Below are positions 12,217-26,210 of a DNA stretch of 64,000 nucleotides, one piece after another. The notes below the pieces were generated by a model. That model was not told the origin of the DNA. It did not search any database and saw only the letters and a list, made by a program, of their open reading frames with translations. Each line of letters starts with the position of its first letter. Position 1 is the stretch's first letter. Where the stretch lies: positions 14,262,001-14,326,000 of the forward strand of contig CM075991.1 of assembly GCA_038087875.1 (NCBI GenBank), written 5' to 3'. The translations under genes and the position numbers were made by a program. Source of the stretch: Malacoraja senta (taxonomy: Eukaryota).

Positions 12217-12524
12217 TTAGTTTAGAGATACAGCGCAGAAACAGGCCCTTCGCCCCACCGGGTCCGTGCCAGCCAGCGATCCCCGCACACTAACACTATC
12301 CTACACACATTCGGGACAATTTTTACATTCACAAAGCCAATTAACCTGCAAACCTGTACGTCTTTGGAATGTGGGAGGAAACTGAAGATCTCGGAGAAAA
12401 CCCACGCAGGTCACAGGGGAGAACGTACAAACTCTGTACAGATGGCACCCGTGGTCGGGATCGAACCCCGGATCTCTGGTGCTGTAAGCGCTGTAAAGCA
12501 GCGACTCGCCCGCTGCGCCACCGT
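12217..12524 (-). mobile_element. HE1/V-SINE
   Basis: Full-length reverse-complement copy. Confidence 0.85.
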
Positions 12525-12738
12525 GACCACTTGAGCTGGAATCGCCCCCTTCCACGGATTGCTCGTGCAATGAAGGAGGAACATTTTGCTGGGTTGTTGT
12601 AGGGGACTGGAACTGATGGACTAGGTTTAGCTATATTGTGGTCACAAGTAGCGAGGTACAGTGAAAAGCTTCGTTTCTATCAGCATGCTATCCAACAGAT
12701 CCCATGTACCTGGCATGAATACCAGCAGGTCAAATCAA

Positions 12739-13048
12739 GTGGCACAGCGGGTTGAGCAGCTGCCTCACAGCGCCAGAGACCCAGGTTCAATCCTGACCTC
12801 GGGTGCTGCCGGTGTGGAGTTTGCACATTCTCCCTGTGACCTCGTGGGTTTTCTCCAGGTGCTCCGGTTTCCTCCCACATCCCAAAGACATGCAGGTTTG
12901 TGGGTTAATTGGCCCTCTGTAAATTGCCCCTAGTGTGTAGGGAGTGGATGAGGAAGTGGGATAGCGTAGAACTAGTGTGAGCGGGTGATCGATGTTTGGC
13001 GTGGGTGGGCCGAAGGGCCTGTTTCCTTGCTGTATCTCTAAACTAATC
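12739..13048 (+). mobile_element. HE1/V-SINE, divergent subfamily
   Basis: tRNA-like head, V core, CR1-like tail. Confidence 0.8.
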
Positions 13049-14496
13049 TTAACAAGTACAATAGATAGATCAAAGGGGAAGATACAGAGTGCAGAAGATA
13101 GATCTCAGCATTGTAGCGCACTAGTCCCAGAGACAAAGTCCAATGTCCACAATGGGGTAGAGGTGAATCGGACAGCAGCCTAGCTTATGGAAGGACCGTT
13201 CAGAAGCCTGACAACTTCTGTGTGTGTGGAGTTTGCACGTTCTCCCTGTGACCACGTGGGTTTCCTCCGGGTGCTCTGGTTTCCTCCCACATCCCAAAGA
13301 CGTGCGGGTTTGTAGGTTACTTACCTACAGGTGTGGGTTGGAAAAGCAGGAAGAGTGGGTCACACGAGGAGTTGTTGGGAATGTGAAAGGGAAAATGGGA
13401 TTTTGACACAGCGGGAAAAAGAGCCCATTTCCAACAAATGATAAAGAAGGAACTGCAGATGCTGGAAAATCGAAGGTAGACAAAAGTGCTGGAGAAACGT
13501 TGCCTATTTCCTTCGCTCCATAGATGCTGCTGCACCCGCTGAGTTTCTCCAGCACTTTTTGTCCATCAAATGTTAGTTTAGTTTAGTTAAAACCGTTTGA
13601 TTTCTGAACCAGGATCACACCCACAACCTCACCACGTGCCAGTGGAGTTGCGTTTAGTTTAGTGTCACGTGTACCGAGGTACAGTGAAAAGCTTTTGTTG
13701 CATACTATCCTGACAGCGGAAAGACAATAGATGATCACAATCGAGCTGTCGACAGTGTGCTGATACATGATGAAGGGAAATAGGTGGATAACGTTTGGTG
13801 CAAGATAAAGTCCAGTAACGTCTGACCAAAGATAGTCCGAGAGTCTCCAATTAGGTACATCGCAGCTCAGGACCTCTCTAGTTGTGGTCAGTTCCCACTG
13901 GGGAAGGGGTCAGGTCACGGACCAGAGGAATTAGGGTGTTGGCGAAGGAAGAGAAAGTGGCCGGAAGACCAGTGAGTTCAGGGGTTGAGTGGTTGGGGTC
14001 AGGAACATGGAGCTGGGGGGATCAGTGGGTATAGATTCTACACGAGCTTTCAACAGTGGAGGCCAAGTCACTGGATGGATTTAAGAGAGAGTTAGATAGA
14101 GCTCTAGGGGCTAGTGGAGTCAAGGGATATGGGGAGAAGGCAGGCACGGGTTATTGATTGGGGACGATCAGCCATGATCACAATGAATGGCGGTGCTGGC
14201 TCGAAGGGCCGGATGGCCTCTTCCTGCACCTATTTTCTATGTTTCTATAACAGGGAGTTGGATGAACAATAATCCAGCCCGCTGAATTAGTGCGGGTGTC
14301 AAATATTACGGGGAGAAGGCAGGAGAATGGGGTTAGGAGGGAGAGATAGATCAGCCATGATTGAATGGCGTAGAAGACTTGATGGGCTGAATGGCCTAAT
14401 TCTGCTCCTATCCCCGATGAACATGAACCCCTCCCGATGAGATGTGGGACTGGCCGGGGCGACGTTTATCTCAGCCCGTTCACCGCATGTTGTGGC

Positions 14497-15025
14497 CACG
14501 GTGGTGCAGCGGTAGAGTTGCTGCCTTATCGGCCTGTCCCACTCTGGTGATTTTTTGGGCGACTACAGGCGACTGCCGCAAAATCTTCAACATGTTTGAA
14601 AAATATTCGGCGAAAGTGGCGACAATGTTTGCCATCGTAGGTTGTCACAGATTGTCGCCAGGAGTCGTGGGTGAATTCCATTAAAATTAGTCCCTGGCTT
14701 TCGCCTAATGAGTCACCTAAGTGGGACGGGCCTTTACAGCGCTTGCAGTGCCTGAGGTTCGATCCTGACTACGGGTGCTGTCTGTACGGAGTTTGTACGT
14801 TCTCCCCGTGACCTGCGTGGGTTTTCTCCGAGATCTTCGGTTTCCTCCCACACTCCAAAGACGTACAGGTTTGTAGGTTAATTGGCTCGGTGTAAATGTA
14901 CATTGTCCCTAGTGGGTGTAGGATAGAGTTAGCATGCGGGGATCGCTGGTCGGCGCGGACCCGGTGGGCCGAAGGGCCTGTTTGGGCGGCATGTTGTATC
15001 ACTCTCTAAACTAAACTAAACTAAA
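14497..15025 (+). mobile_element. HE1/V-SINE interrupted by a MITE
   Basis: The SINE head resumes exactly after the MITE (GCC|TTA...TTA|CAGCGC). Confidence 0.8.
14529..14733. mobile_element. PIF/Harbinger-type MITE
   Basis: TIRs GGCCTGTCCCACT / AGTGGGACGGGCC; TTA TSD at 14526-14528 and 14734-14736. Confidence 0.75.
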
Positions 15026-15045
15026 TCAGCGCTACCTCCACTCAC

Positions 15046-16270
15046 TTTTTTTTAAAATTATACAAATACTTTTATTGAGAATAACAAACACAAACATACA
15101 AAAGGGGAACACGATCAAAACTGCCTTTGTGGCAGTTTACAAACCAGCAGTCATCAATTTTAAAATAACGTCATCCTCATCAGTTATACACTTGGCCTCC
15201 CGCGGCAACCAGCTTTCACGGAAGGCCTCCAGAGTCCCCGTGGACACTGCGTGTATGTTCCCTCTCCAGGGACACGCGGGCACGGCCGATTAGGAAATGG
15301 GGAGATGCAGCGAGACCTGGGTGTCATGGTACACCAGTCATTGAAAGTAGGCATGCAGGTGCAGCAGGCAGTGAAGAAAGCGAATGGTATGTTGGCTTTC
15401 ATAGCAAGAGGATTTGTGTATAGGAGCAGGGAGGTTCTACTGCAGTTGTACAGGGTCTTGGTGAGACCACACCTGGAGTATTGTGTACAGTTTTGGTCTC
15501 CAAATCTGAGGAAGGACATTATAGCCATAGAGGGAGTGCAGAGAAGGTTCACCAGACTGATTCCTGGGATGTCAGGACTTTCATATGAAGAAAGATTGGA
15601 TAGACTTGGCTTATACTCGCTAGAATTTAGGAGATTGAGAGGGGACCTTATAGAAACGTACAAAATTCTTATGGGGTTGGACAGGCTAGATGCAGGAAGA
15701 TTGTTCCCGATGTTCGGGAAGTCCAGGACAAGGGGTCACAGCTTAAGGATAAGGGGGAAATCCTTTAAGACCGAGATGAGGAAAAACTTTTTCACACAGA
15801 GAGTGGTGAATCTCTGGAACTCTCTGCCACAGAGGGTAGTTGAGGCCAGTTCATTGGCTATATTTAAGAGGGAGTTAGATGTGGCCCTTGTGGCTAAGGG
15901 GATCAGGGGTTATGGAGAGAAGGCAGGAACGGGATACTGAGTTGGATGATCAGCCATGATCATATTGAATGGCGGTGCAGGCTCGAAGGGCCGAATGGCC
16001 TACTCCTGCACCTATTTTCTATGTATCTATGTATCTATGGCCCGGAAAAGGGGCAGGCAGCCAACCCCAGTGCGGCTGTTGACTACCCGCTGCCTGGCCC
16101 CGCGAACGGCCATCTTGGCCAGGCCCAGGAGCAGACCAACAGGGATATCCCTCCCTCCCGACCCTCCCCCCTCTGTAGCGGGTGCCCAAATATCAGGAGC
16201 GTGGGGCTAACATGCTGCCCAAACTTGAGGAGCAGCCCCTTCAGATACAGGGGCAGCAACCTCTCCCTCC
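15046..16270 (-). mobile_element. Tx1/L1-like LINE 3' fragment split by CR1
   Basis: YLKGLLLKF..SPTLLIFGHP..CLPLFR on the right continues as RARVSLERE..VSTGTLEAFRESW on the left; poly(A) signal and T-run at ~15046-15076. Confidence 0.7.
15284..16039 (+). mobile_element. Young CR1 3' fragment
   Basis: Intact ORF2 C-terminus, near-identical to 20861-21615; (TATCTATG)n tail. Confidence 0.92.
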
Positions 16271-18513
16271 ACTGGCTGGCAGCCACACTGTGAACGAGCT
16301 GACTCGCGGGCGTCTATATTTACGACGGCATTCATCATGTTTACTGGTTGCTTTCCCTGATGCTTTAGCCGTTCTGCCGGGTTACCCAGAGGCTAATTAC
16401 AGACAATAATGCAACACACTAGAGTGCGGAACTATTCTTCCAGTGGAAAGTGCCTTCACTGCAAGTTTACATCTTATTTACAACCAAACGAGCCCTCAAA
16501 ATCAATTGCACCAGCTGCCACGGGCTCCTTAACCTTGTCCCAGACCACCTTTTTGTTCTTAAAATAATCTTTCAGTTTAAAATCAATGTGTGTATTTTGT
16601 TTCCCTGTCATTGTGAAAGGTTAACCTTGAGAACCGTTGATCTTCTGATGGAGAGACACAAAATGCTGGAGTAACTCAGCGGGACAGGCAGCATCTCTGG
16701 AGAAAAGCAATGGGTGACGTTTTGGGTCAAGACCCTTCATCAGGAGTCTGAAGAAGGGTCTAGCCCCGAAACGCCCCCCAATTCATAGAAACATAGAAAC
16801 AAAGAAAGTAGGTGCAGGAGTAGGCCATTCGGCCCTTCGAGCCAACGCCGCCATTCAATATGATCATAGCAGATCGTCCAAAATAAGTACCCCGTTCCTG
16901 CTTTCTCCCCATATCCCATGATTCCCTGAGCCCATTGGCTTCTCTCCAGAGATGCTGCCTATCCTGCTGAGTTACTCCAGCATTTTGTGTCTATTTTCGG
17001 TGTAAACCAGCATCTGCAGTTCCTTCCTATGCATTATTTTGTTTAGTTAAATTTAGTTTAGAGATACAGCGCGGAAACAGGCCCTTCGGCCCACCGAGTC
17101 CGCACCGACCAGCGATCCCCGCACACTTACACTATCCTACGCGTTTATTGTCACGTGTATCGAGGTACAGTGAAACGCCTTTGTTACGTGCTATCCACTC
17201 AGCAGAAAGAATATACATGATTACAATCGAGCCGTCCACAGTGTACAGATACAGGATAAAGGGAATAATGTTTAGTGCAAGATAAAGTCCAGAAAAGTCA
17301 GATCAAAGATAGTCCGAGGATCTCTTTTGAGGTGGATGGGAGGTCAGGACCGCTCTCTAGTTTATGAGAGGATGGTTCAGTTGCCTGATAACAGCTGGGA
17401 AGAAACTGCCCCTGAATCTGGAGGTGTGCGTTTTCACACTTCTGTACCCCTTGCCTGATGGGAGAGGGGAGAAGAGGGAGTGACCGGGGGTGAGACTCGT
17501 GCAGGACCAATCACATTGAATGGCGGTGCTGGCTCGAAGGGCCGAATGGCCTACTCTTGCACCTATTGTCTATTGACCACACCTGTGACATCGGCCAGAT
17601 CAGTCGATGCCAGGACTTGGTTCTAAGAACATAGAACAGTACAGCACGAGAACAGGCCCTTCGGCCCACAATGTCTGTGCCGAACATGATGCCAAGACCC
17701 ATATCCATCTATTCCCTGCATATCCATAAGTCTCGTAGACGCCACGATCATATCTGCCTCCACCACCACCCCTGGCAGGTGTTACAGAACTCATTATAGC
17801 AAGTCTCAAGTATATTGTCACCGAGGTGAGGTTATGCAGGGTGGTTCTGGAGTCTGATCGTTGATGGGCTGAAGCTGTTCTTGAACCAGGAGGTACTCTG
17901 ACCTTCTCCTGTACCTTCTGTTGCGACAGTACAGAATTAGATAGATTTAGCTCTTGGGGCTGGGGGAATCAAGGGATATGGGGAGAAAGCAGGAACGGGG
18001 TACTGATTGGGGATGATCAGCCATGATCATGTTGAATGGCGGTGCTGGCTCGAAGGGCCAAATGGCCTACTCCTGCAACTATTGTCTATTGTCTATTGTC
18101 TATTTCGTATGTCTGTATGGTAATTCACAAATCACTGTACTTTAGTCAGTACATGAGACAATGAAAGTCCTTTGAAACCTTTGAAAACAACAGATCATCA
18201 GAAAGTCAATTCAAGATGAGTATTGTCTTCCCAGCTGTCCAACTCTGCATTAGAGACTGTATTTACAGCCTTGTTCAGACATTCCTAATGGCGTTATTGA
18301 TGGCTGTAATTCTCGATGAAGTGAAAGCACTTCAATTACTGCTGGGAAGGCACGCAAGCCCGAGACACCTACACTTGCCCTTGTGACAGAGGTGTGTGCA
18401 GTACCAAGACGCACTGAGCACCAGTAAAACATGGACAATCCACGCCAAGTACAGGGGCAAGTGGTTAGAGTGTTGCTGCAGGTTTCAGCAAGGAGATAGC
18501 AAAAGGAGCAGGA

Positions 18514-21500
18514 ATACTGGGCTGTAAGCTGCACAAGCGGAATATAAGGGGCTGTTCCTCCAATTTGCGATTAGCTTCACTCTGACAGTGGAGGAGGCCC
18601 AGGACAGAAAGGTCAGTGTGGGAATGGGAAGGGAAATCCAGGGCAAAAATCAAAAAGGGCCACTTTTCAACATAATTGTATAAGGGGTAAGAGCGTTGTA
18701 AAAACAAGCCTGAAGGCTTTGTGTCTCAATGCAAGGAGCATTCGTAATAAGGTGGATGAGTTGAACGTGCAGATAGCAATTAATGATTATGATATAGTTG
18801 GGATCACGGAGACATGGCTCCAGGGTGACCAAGGCTAGGAGCTGAACATCCAGGGATATTCAATATTCAGGAGGGATAGAGAGAAAGGAAAAGGAGGTGG
18901 GGTAGCGTTGCTGGTTAGAGAGGAGATTAACGCAGTGGAAAGGAAGGACATTAGCTTGGAGGATGTGGAATCGGTATGGGTAGAGCTGCGAAACACTAAG
19001 GGGCAGAAAACGCTGGTGGGTGTTGTGTACAGGCCACCTAGCAGTAGTAGTGAAGTTGGGGATGGCATCAAACAGGAAATTAGAAATGCGTGCAACAAAG
19101 GCAAAACAGTTATAATGGGTGACTTCAATCCACATATAGATTGGGTGAATCAAATTGGCAGGGGTGCTGAGGAAGAGGATTTCTTGGAATGTATGCGGGA
19201 TAGTTATCTAAACCAACATGTAGAGGAACCAACGAGAGAGCAGGCTATTCTAGACTGGGTATTGAGTAATGAGGAAGGGTTAGTTAGCAGTCTTGTTGTG
19301 CGTGCCCCCTTGGGCAAGAGTGACCATAATATGGTTGAGTTCTTCATTAGGATGGAGAGTGACATTGTTAATTCAGAAACAACAGTCTTGAACTTAAAGA
19401 AAGGTAACTTTGAGGGTATGAGACGTGAATTGGCCAAGATTGACTGGCAATTAGTTCTAAAAGGGTTGACGGTGGATATGCAATGGAAGGCATTTAAAGA
19501 CTGCATGGATGAACTACAAAAATTGTTCATCCCAGTTTGGCAAAAGAATAAATCAGGGAAGGTAGTGCATCCGTGGATAACAAGGGAAATCAGGGATAGT
19601 ATCAAAGCTAAAGATGATGCGTACAAATTAGCCAGAAAAAGCAGCATACCAGAGGACTGGGAGAAATTCAGAGACCAGCAGAGGAGGACAAAGGGCTTAA
19701 TTAGGAAAGGGAAAATAGATTATGAAAGGAAACTGGCAGGGAACATAAAAACTGACTGCTAAAGTTTTTATAGATATGTGAAGAGAAAGAGATTAGTTAA
19801 AACAAATGCAGGTCCCTTGCAGTCAGAAACAGTTGAATTGATCATGGGGAACAAGGATATGGCGGACCAATTGAATAACTACTTTGGTTCCGTCTTCACT
19901 AAGGAAGACATAAATAATCTGCCGGAAATAGCAGGGGGCCGCGGGTCAAAGGAGATGGAGGAACTGATTGAAATCCAGGTTAGTCGGGAAGAGGTGTTGG
20001 GTAAATTGAATGTATTAAAGGCCGATAAATCACCAGGGCCAGATAGGCTGCATCCCAGAGTACTTAAGAAAGTAGCTCCAGAAATAGTGGATGCATTAGT
20101 GATAATTTTTCAAAACTCTTTAGATTCTGGAGTAGTTCCTGAGGATTGGAGGGTAGCAAACGTAACCCCACTTTTTAAGAAGGGAGGGAGAGAGAAAACG
20201 GGGAATTATAGACCAGTTAGTCTAACATCGGTAGTGGGGAAACTGCTAGAGTCAGTTATTAAAGATGGGATAGCAGCACATTTGGAAAGTGGTGAAATCA
20301 TTGGACAAACTCAGCATAGATTTACGAAAGGTAAATCCTGTCTGACGAATCTTATAGAATTTTTCGAGGATGTAACGAGTAGAGTGGATAGGGGAGAACC
20401 AGTGGATGTGTTGTATCTGGACTTTCAGAAGGCTTTCGACAAGGTACCACATAAGAGATTAGGATACAAACTTAAATCATACGGTATTCGGGGTTCAGTA
20501 TTGATGTGGATAGAGAACTGGCTGGCAAACAGGAAGCAAAGAGTAGGAGTAAACGGGTCCTTTTCACAATGGCAGGCAGTGACTAGTGGGGTACCGCAAG
20601 GCTCAGTGCTGGGACCCCAGCTATTTACAATTTATATTAATGAACTGGATGAGGGAATTGAAAGCAACATCTCCAAGTTTGCGGATGACACTAAGCTGGG
20701 GGGCAGTGTTAGCTGTGAGGAGGATGCTAGGAGACTGCAAGGTGACTTGGATAGGCTGGGTGAGTGGGCAAATGTTTGGCAGATGCAGTATAATGTGGAT
20801 AAATGTGAGGTTATCCACTTTGGTGGCAAAAACGGGAAGGCAGACTATTATCTAAATGGTGGCCGATTAGGAAATGGGGAGATGCAGCGAGACCTGGGTG
20901 TCATGGTACACCAGTCATTGAAAGTAGGCATGCAGGTGCAGCAGGCAGTGAAGAAAGCGAATGGTATGTTGGCTTTCATAGCAAGAGGATTTGAGTATAG
21001 GAGCAGGGAGGTTCTATTGCAGTTGTACAGGGTCTTGGTGAGACCACACCTGGAGTATTACGTACAGTTTTGGTCTCCAAATCTGAGGAAGGACATTATA
21101 GCCATAGAGGGAGTGCAGAGAAGGTTCACCAGACTGATTCCTGGGATGTCAGGACTTTCATATGAAGAAAGACTGGATAGACTTGGCTTATACTCGCTAG
21201 AATTTAGGAGATTGAGAGGGGATCTTATAGAAACGTACAAAATTCTTATGGGGTTGGACAGGCTAGATGCAGGAAGATTGTTCCCGATGTTGGGGAAGTC
21301 CAGGACAAGGGGTCACAGCTTAAGGATAAGGGGGAAATCCTTTAAGACCGAGATGAGGAAAAACTTTTTCACACAGAGAGTGGTGAATCTCTGGAACTCT
21401 CTGCCACAGAGGGTAGTTGAGGCCAGTTCATTGGCTATATTTAAGAGGGAGTTAGATGTGGCCCTTGTGGCTAAGGGGATCAGGGGGTATGGAGAGAAGG

Positions 21501-21735
21501 CAGGTACGGGATACTGAGTTGGATGATCAGCCATGATCATATTGAATGGCGGTGCAGGCTCGAAGGGCCGAATGGCCTACTCCTGCACCTATTTTCTATG
21601 TATCTATGTATCTATGAAATGTTTGGCAACCGGGAGATCAGGTAGGTCCAGGCGGGCTGAGCAAAGGTGTTCAGCGAGACGATCGCCCAGTCTATGTTTG
21701 GTCTCACCGATGTATATGAGTCCACATCTTGACCA
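18514..21735 (-). pseudogene. Penelope-like GIY-YIG endonuclease remnant (18514-18637 plus 21616-21735) split by CR1
   Basis: RCGLIYIGETKHRLGDRLAEH...VAKHF joins PSHSHTDLSVLGLLHCQSEANRKLEEQPLIFRL. Confidence 0.8.
18638..21615 (+). mobile_element. CR1 LINE, near-complete ORF2 (APE endonuclease + RT), 5'-truncated
   Basis: One reading frame 18638-21517 with [25 protein letters not shown] and FADD; in-frame stops TAG 18836 and TAA 19760. Confidence 0.95.
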
Positions 21736-21797
21736 ACCGATCAATCGATCCATCAATCGATCAACCAATCACTCAACCGATCAATCAATGAATCAAT
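21735..21797. repeat. (ATCA/ATCG)n tetranucleotide repeat
   Basis: Direct reading. Confidence 0.75.
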
Positions 21798-22936
21798 GAG
21801 AAGTGAGCAGCCTCCTGTGCAGCAACCCAGAGGGTTGAGGGTGCCATGTTCCACTGTGTGTGTGGGTGCTGTGGGAGCAGTGAGTGGACCAGGGGGTGGG
21901 GACATATCCAGTCAGCGTGATTACAATCGAGTGTACAGATACAGGATAAAGGGAAAGACATTTAGTGAAGATAAAGTCTAGTAAAGTCCAATTAAAGATA
22001 GACCGAGGGTCTCCAATGGGGTAGGTGGGAGCGCTCTCAGGATAGGACGGTTCAGTTGCCTGATAACAGCTGGGAAGGAACTGTCCATGAATCTGGAGGT
22101 GTCAGTTTTCACACTCTGGTTGGGGTGGGGTGGGGAAACGGGGGGAATATTTAAAATTGCAGACTTCAATGTTGATACCTATGTCCCCAGGATCCATTCA
22201 TCACTGCCAGGCTTTGGACCACCATCATCTCTTTTCCAATATTCTCCCAAGTCTGAAGAAGGGTCCCGACCTGAAACGTCACCCATCCATGTTCTCCGGA
22301 GATGCTGCCTGACTCCCTGAGTTACTCCAGTACTTTGTGTCTTTATTTTTTGTAAAGTAGCACCTGCAGTTCATTGTTTCTCCATCCATCACTTGCCAGG
22401 TCTCGCCCTGCCCCCACCTCCCGAGGGTCTCGATCCCAAAACGTCACCCGTTCCTTCTCTCCAGAGTTGCTGCCTGACTCGCTGAGTTACTCCAGTGCTT
22501 TGTGTCTTACCTTCGGTTTAAACCAGCATCTGCAGTTCCTTCCGACACAGGAGGAGCCGCAGCACTGGATACGTGAAGCTGGGCATGAATAAAGTCTGAA
22601 GCAGATCAAGATAAATGAGTCTGTGCCACCAGGACATTAACGTGCAGAAAGAGATGTCCTCAGGGTGACACATTCCTGTGACACATAGAACAGATTTCTC
22701 TCCTGGCCCGACTCCCAGGGCAGCAGGAAGCACTCCGTCCCAATCACAAGCGCTGCCAGTGGAGCAGGGCCACAGAGGAAGCCCCTCAGTCCAGCATGGA
22801 TGTACAAGATTACGCAGCACTGCCTTTAAAGTAACAACAGCACGGTGGCTCAGCTGGTAGAGCCGCTACCTCACAGCGCCTGGGACCCCGGTTCAATCCT
22901 CAGCTCAGGTGCTGTCTGTGTGGAATTGGCATGTGG

Positions 22937-23180
22937 TGTGTGTGTGTGTGCGTGTGTGCGTGTGTGTGTGTGTGCGTGTGTGCGTGTGTGCGTGTGTGCG
23001 TGTGTGCGTGTGTGCGTGTGTGCGTGTGTGCGTGTGTGCGTGTGTGCGTGTGTGCGTGTGTGCGTGCGTGCGTGCGTGTGTGTGTGCGTGGGTGTGCGTG
23101 GGTGTGCGTGCGCGTGCGTGCATGTGCGTGCATGTGTGTGTGCGTGTGTGCATGTGTGTGCGTGTGTGCGTGTATGTGTA
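22937..23180. repeat. (GT/GC)n compound microsatellite
   Basis: Alternating purine-pyrimidine tract. Confidence 0.95.
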
Positions 23181-24287
23181 CATACCCCCAGTGTTGGCCA
23201 CCACTATGCCACAGCACGGTGAAGGCCAGGCCCAGGGATCGGTGGCCATAGAGATGTCGCTGCGTGTGAGGTGTGACAGAGCAGCCTGATGATGCAGCAC
23301 CACTGCAGCTGCAGATTGGCAGCACAAATCATCCTGATATCATTACTTCATAAACTGGTGTTGGGCGCAGTGCATAAGTGGGAGAAATATGAGTCAGACG
23401 CACTTGCAAACAAATTCTCCTGACATCTGATAAATGCATGGAGGCTGTAAGTCACCCTGGGGACACACAATTTCATTCACTGACGGAGTTAATGGATGGC
23501 CCCGCTCGATCACTGTCCACTAGAAAGGCATAGAGTGGAAGGTGGACACAAAATGCTGGAGTAACTCAACGGGACAGGCAGCATCTCTGGAGAGAAGGAA
23601 TGGGTCACATTCGGGTCGAGACCCTTCTTCAGTCTGAAGGCAGAGATCAGTCTTGATTGAATGGCGGAGTAGACCCGATGGGCCGAATGGCCTAATTCTA
23701 CCCCTATGAGCTTGTCTGGACAAGGGGGGAGGGGGAACGAGCTGCCGGAGGAGGTAGTTGAGGCAGGGACTATCGCAACGTTTAAGAAGCATTTAGACAG
23801 CAACATGAATAGGAAAGGTACACAAAAATGCTGGAGAAACTCAGCGGGTGCAGCAGCATCTATGGAGCGAAGGAAATAGGTAACGTTTCGGGCCGAAACC
23901 CTTCTTCAGACTGGGAATAGGAAAGGCCTGGATAGAGAGAATGTGGAGAGGATGTTTCCACTAGTGGGAGAGTCTAGGACCAGAGGCCACAGCCTCAGAA
24001 GAAAAGGACATACATTTAGAAAGTTATATGAGGAGGATGGTGAATCTGTGGAATTCATTGCCACAGACGTCGGTGGAGGCCAAGTCAATGGATATTTTTA
24101 AAGCGGCGATAGATAGATTTTTGATCTACTTGTGTCAGAGAGAATGGGGTTGAGAGGGAGAGATAGATCAGCCATGATTGAATGGCGGAGGAGACTTGAT
24201 GGGCTGAATGGCCTAATTCTGCTCCTATAACTGATGAACATGAAAGGTTTGGAGGGATATGGGCCATCTACACTGGTCCCACCTGCC

Positions 24288-24765
<478 letters not shown>

Positions 24766-25514
24766 TAGAGGTGAATCTGACAGTGCCCGAGCTTATGGAA
24801 GGACCATTCAGATCCTGATAACAGAGGGGAAGAAAGTGTTGATTTGCTTAAAGAGCAGTGGGCGTGTGGTGGGCTGAAGGGCCTGTTTCTAAGTGTATGG
24901 AGGAACTGCAGCTGCTGGTTTACAACCAAGTAAGACACAAAATGCTGGAGTAACTCAGCGGGTCAGGCAGCGTCTCTGGAGAGAAGGAATGGGTGACGTT
25001 TTGGGTCGAGACCCTTCTTCTGAATGATAAATGATGGAAGCAGGTTGGAAGTCCTTGCCCAGCCACGTGTAGCACCATCCCCACCTGGTGGGGGAGGCTT
25101 GTAGTGTAGGCTGATGGTCGAAGCTCTGCTGGACTCTGGGGGAGTTCATGGAAGCCCACCTAGTGATCCAGCAGACGTGGGCTGCTTCATGGGCACCCGC
25201 TGGTCAGAGCGGATCATGCGGGTCCGAGGTCGGATCACGCCATCTCATGCGTTTCCTCCCTCCTTCCCTCCCTCCAGAGGCTGGAGAACAGCGAAGTGTC
25301 AGTGTTGTGACCCTTAGCCCAACAAAGTCCCAACAACAACTAGGCTGGCCCCACAGCGGACTCTGAACCAGGAAGCTGTGGGGTTTTGCCTGGCTCTGTC
25401 ACAGGAGCGGTGAATCTCTGCTCGATCCAGAACTACTGCTTGAACTTGAACTTTTCAACCATCACCACTCTGCCAGAGATCTTCATTGTACCTGTATCTC
25501 ACCGTGCTTCATAG

Positions 25515-26210
25515 TTCAAGGTTTCAAGGTCAGTTTATTGTCACATGTACCAGTTAAGATACAGTGAAACGTGAGTGACCATACAGCAAAACTAAGAGAA
25601 AAGCAACAAGATAAACAACAACATAAGAGTTAACATAAACATCCACCACAGTGGATTCCACATTCCTCACTGTGATGGAAGGCAATAAAGTTCAATCTTC
25701 TTCTTCTTTGTTCTCCTGCGGTCGGGGCAGTCAAACCATCCGCAGTCGGGGCGATCAAAGCCCCCGCAGCCGAAGATCGAAACTCCCGCGTCGGGGCGGT
25801 TGTAACTTACTCATGAAGCTCCCGAGTCGGCCCCTTCTTACCAGAGACCACGGGCTTCACGATGTTAAAGTCCACAGGCCCCATGGTCGGAGCTTCGATC
25901 CCCGGCAAAGTGATTGCAAGCTCTGCGATGTTAAAGTCCCGCAGACTCCCGCAGCTTGGAGCGCCGGGCCGGTCTCCAGGAAAGGCCGCCAACTCCACGA
26001 TGTTAGGCCGCAGCGGGGACGGAGATACGATACGGAAAAAAATCACATCTCCGTCGAGGTGAGAGATTGAAAAAAGTTCCCCCCTCACCCTCCCCCCCCC
26101 ACATAAAACAAACCAAGGAACACTAAAACATACTTTTTAACACATACCAAAAATAACAAAAAGAAGAAATGACAGACAGACTGTTGCCGAGGCAGCCCCT
26201 GCTGGTGGGT
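25515..26210 (-). mobile_element. Unclassified GC-rich repeat, copy 2
   Basis: Same hairpin (25642-25679), minus-strand ACAATAAA tail and pyrimidine-rich 5' part as 10625-11441. Confidence 0.55.

Noticed and set aside
19760..19778. Frameshift or ORF1/ORF2 boundary in the CR1
   Set aside because: Both ORFs are in the same frame, separated by a single nonsense codon
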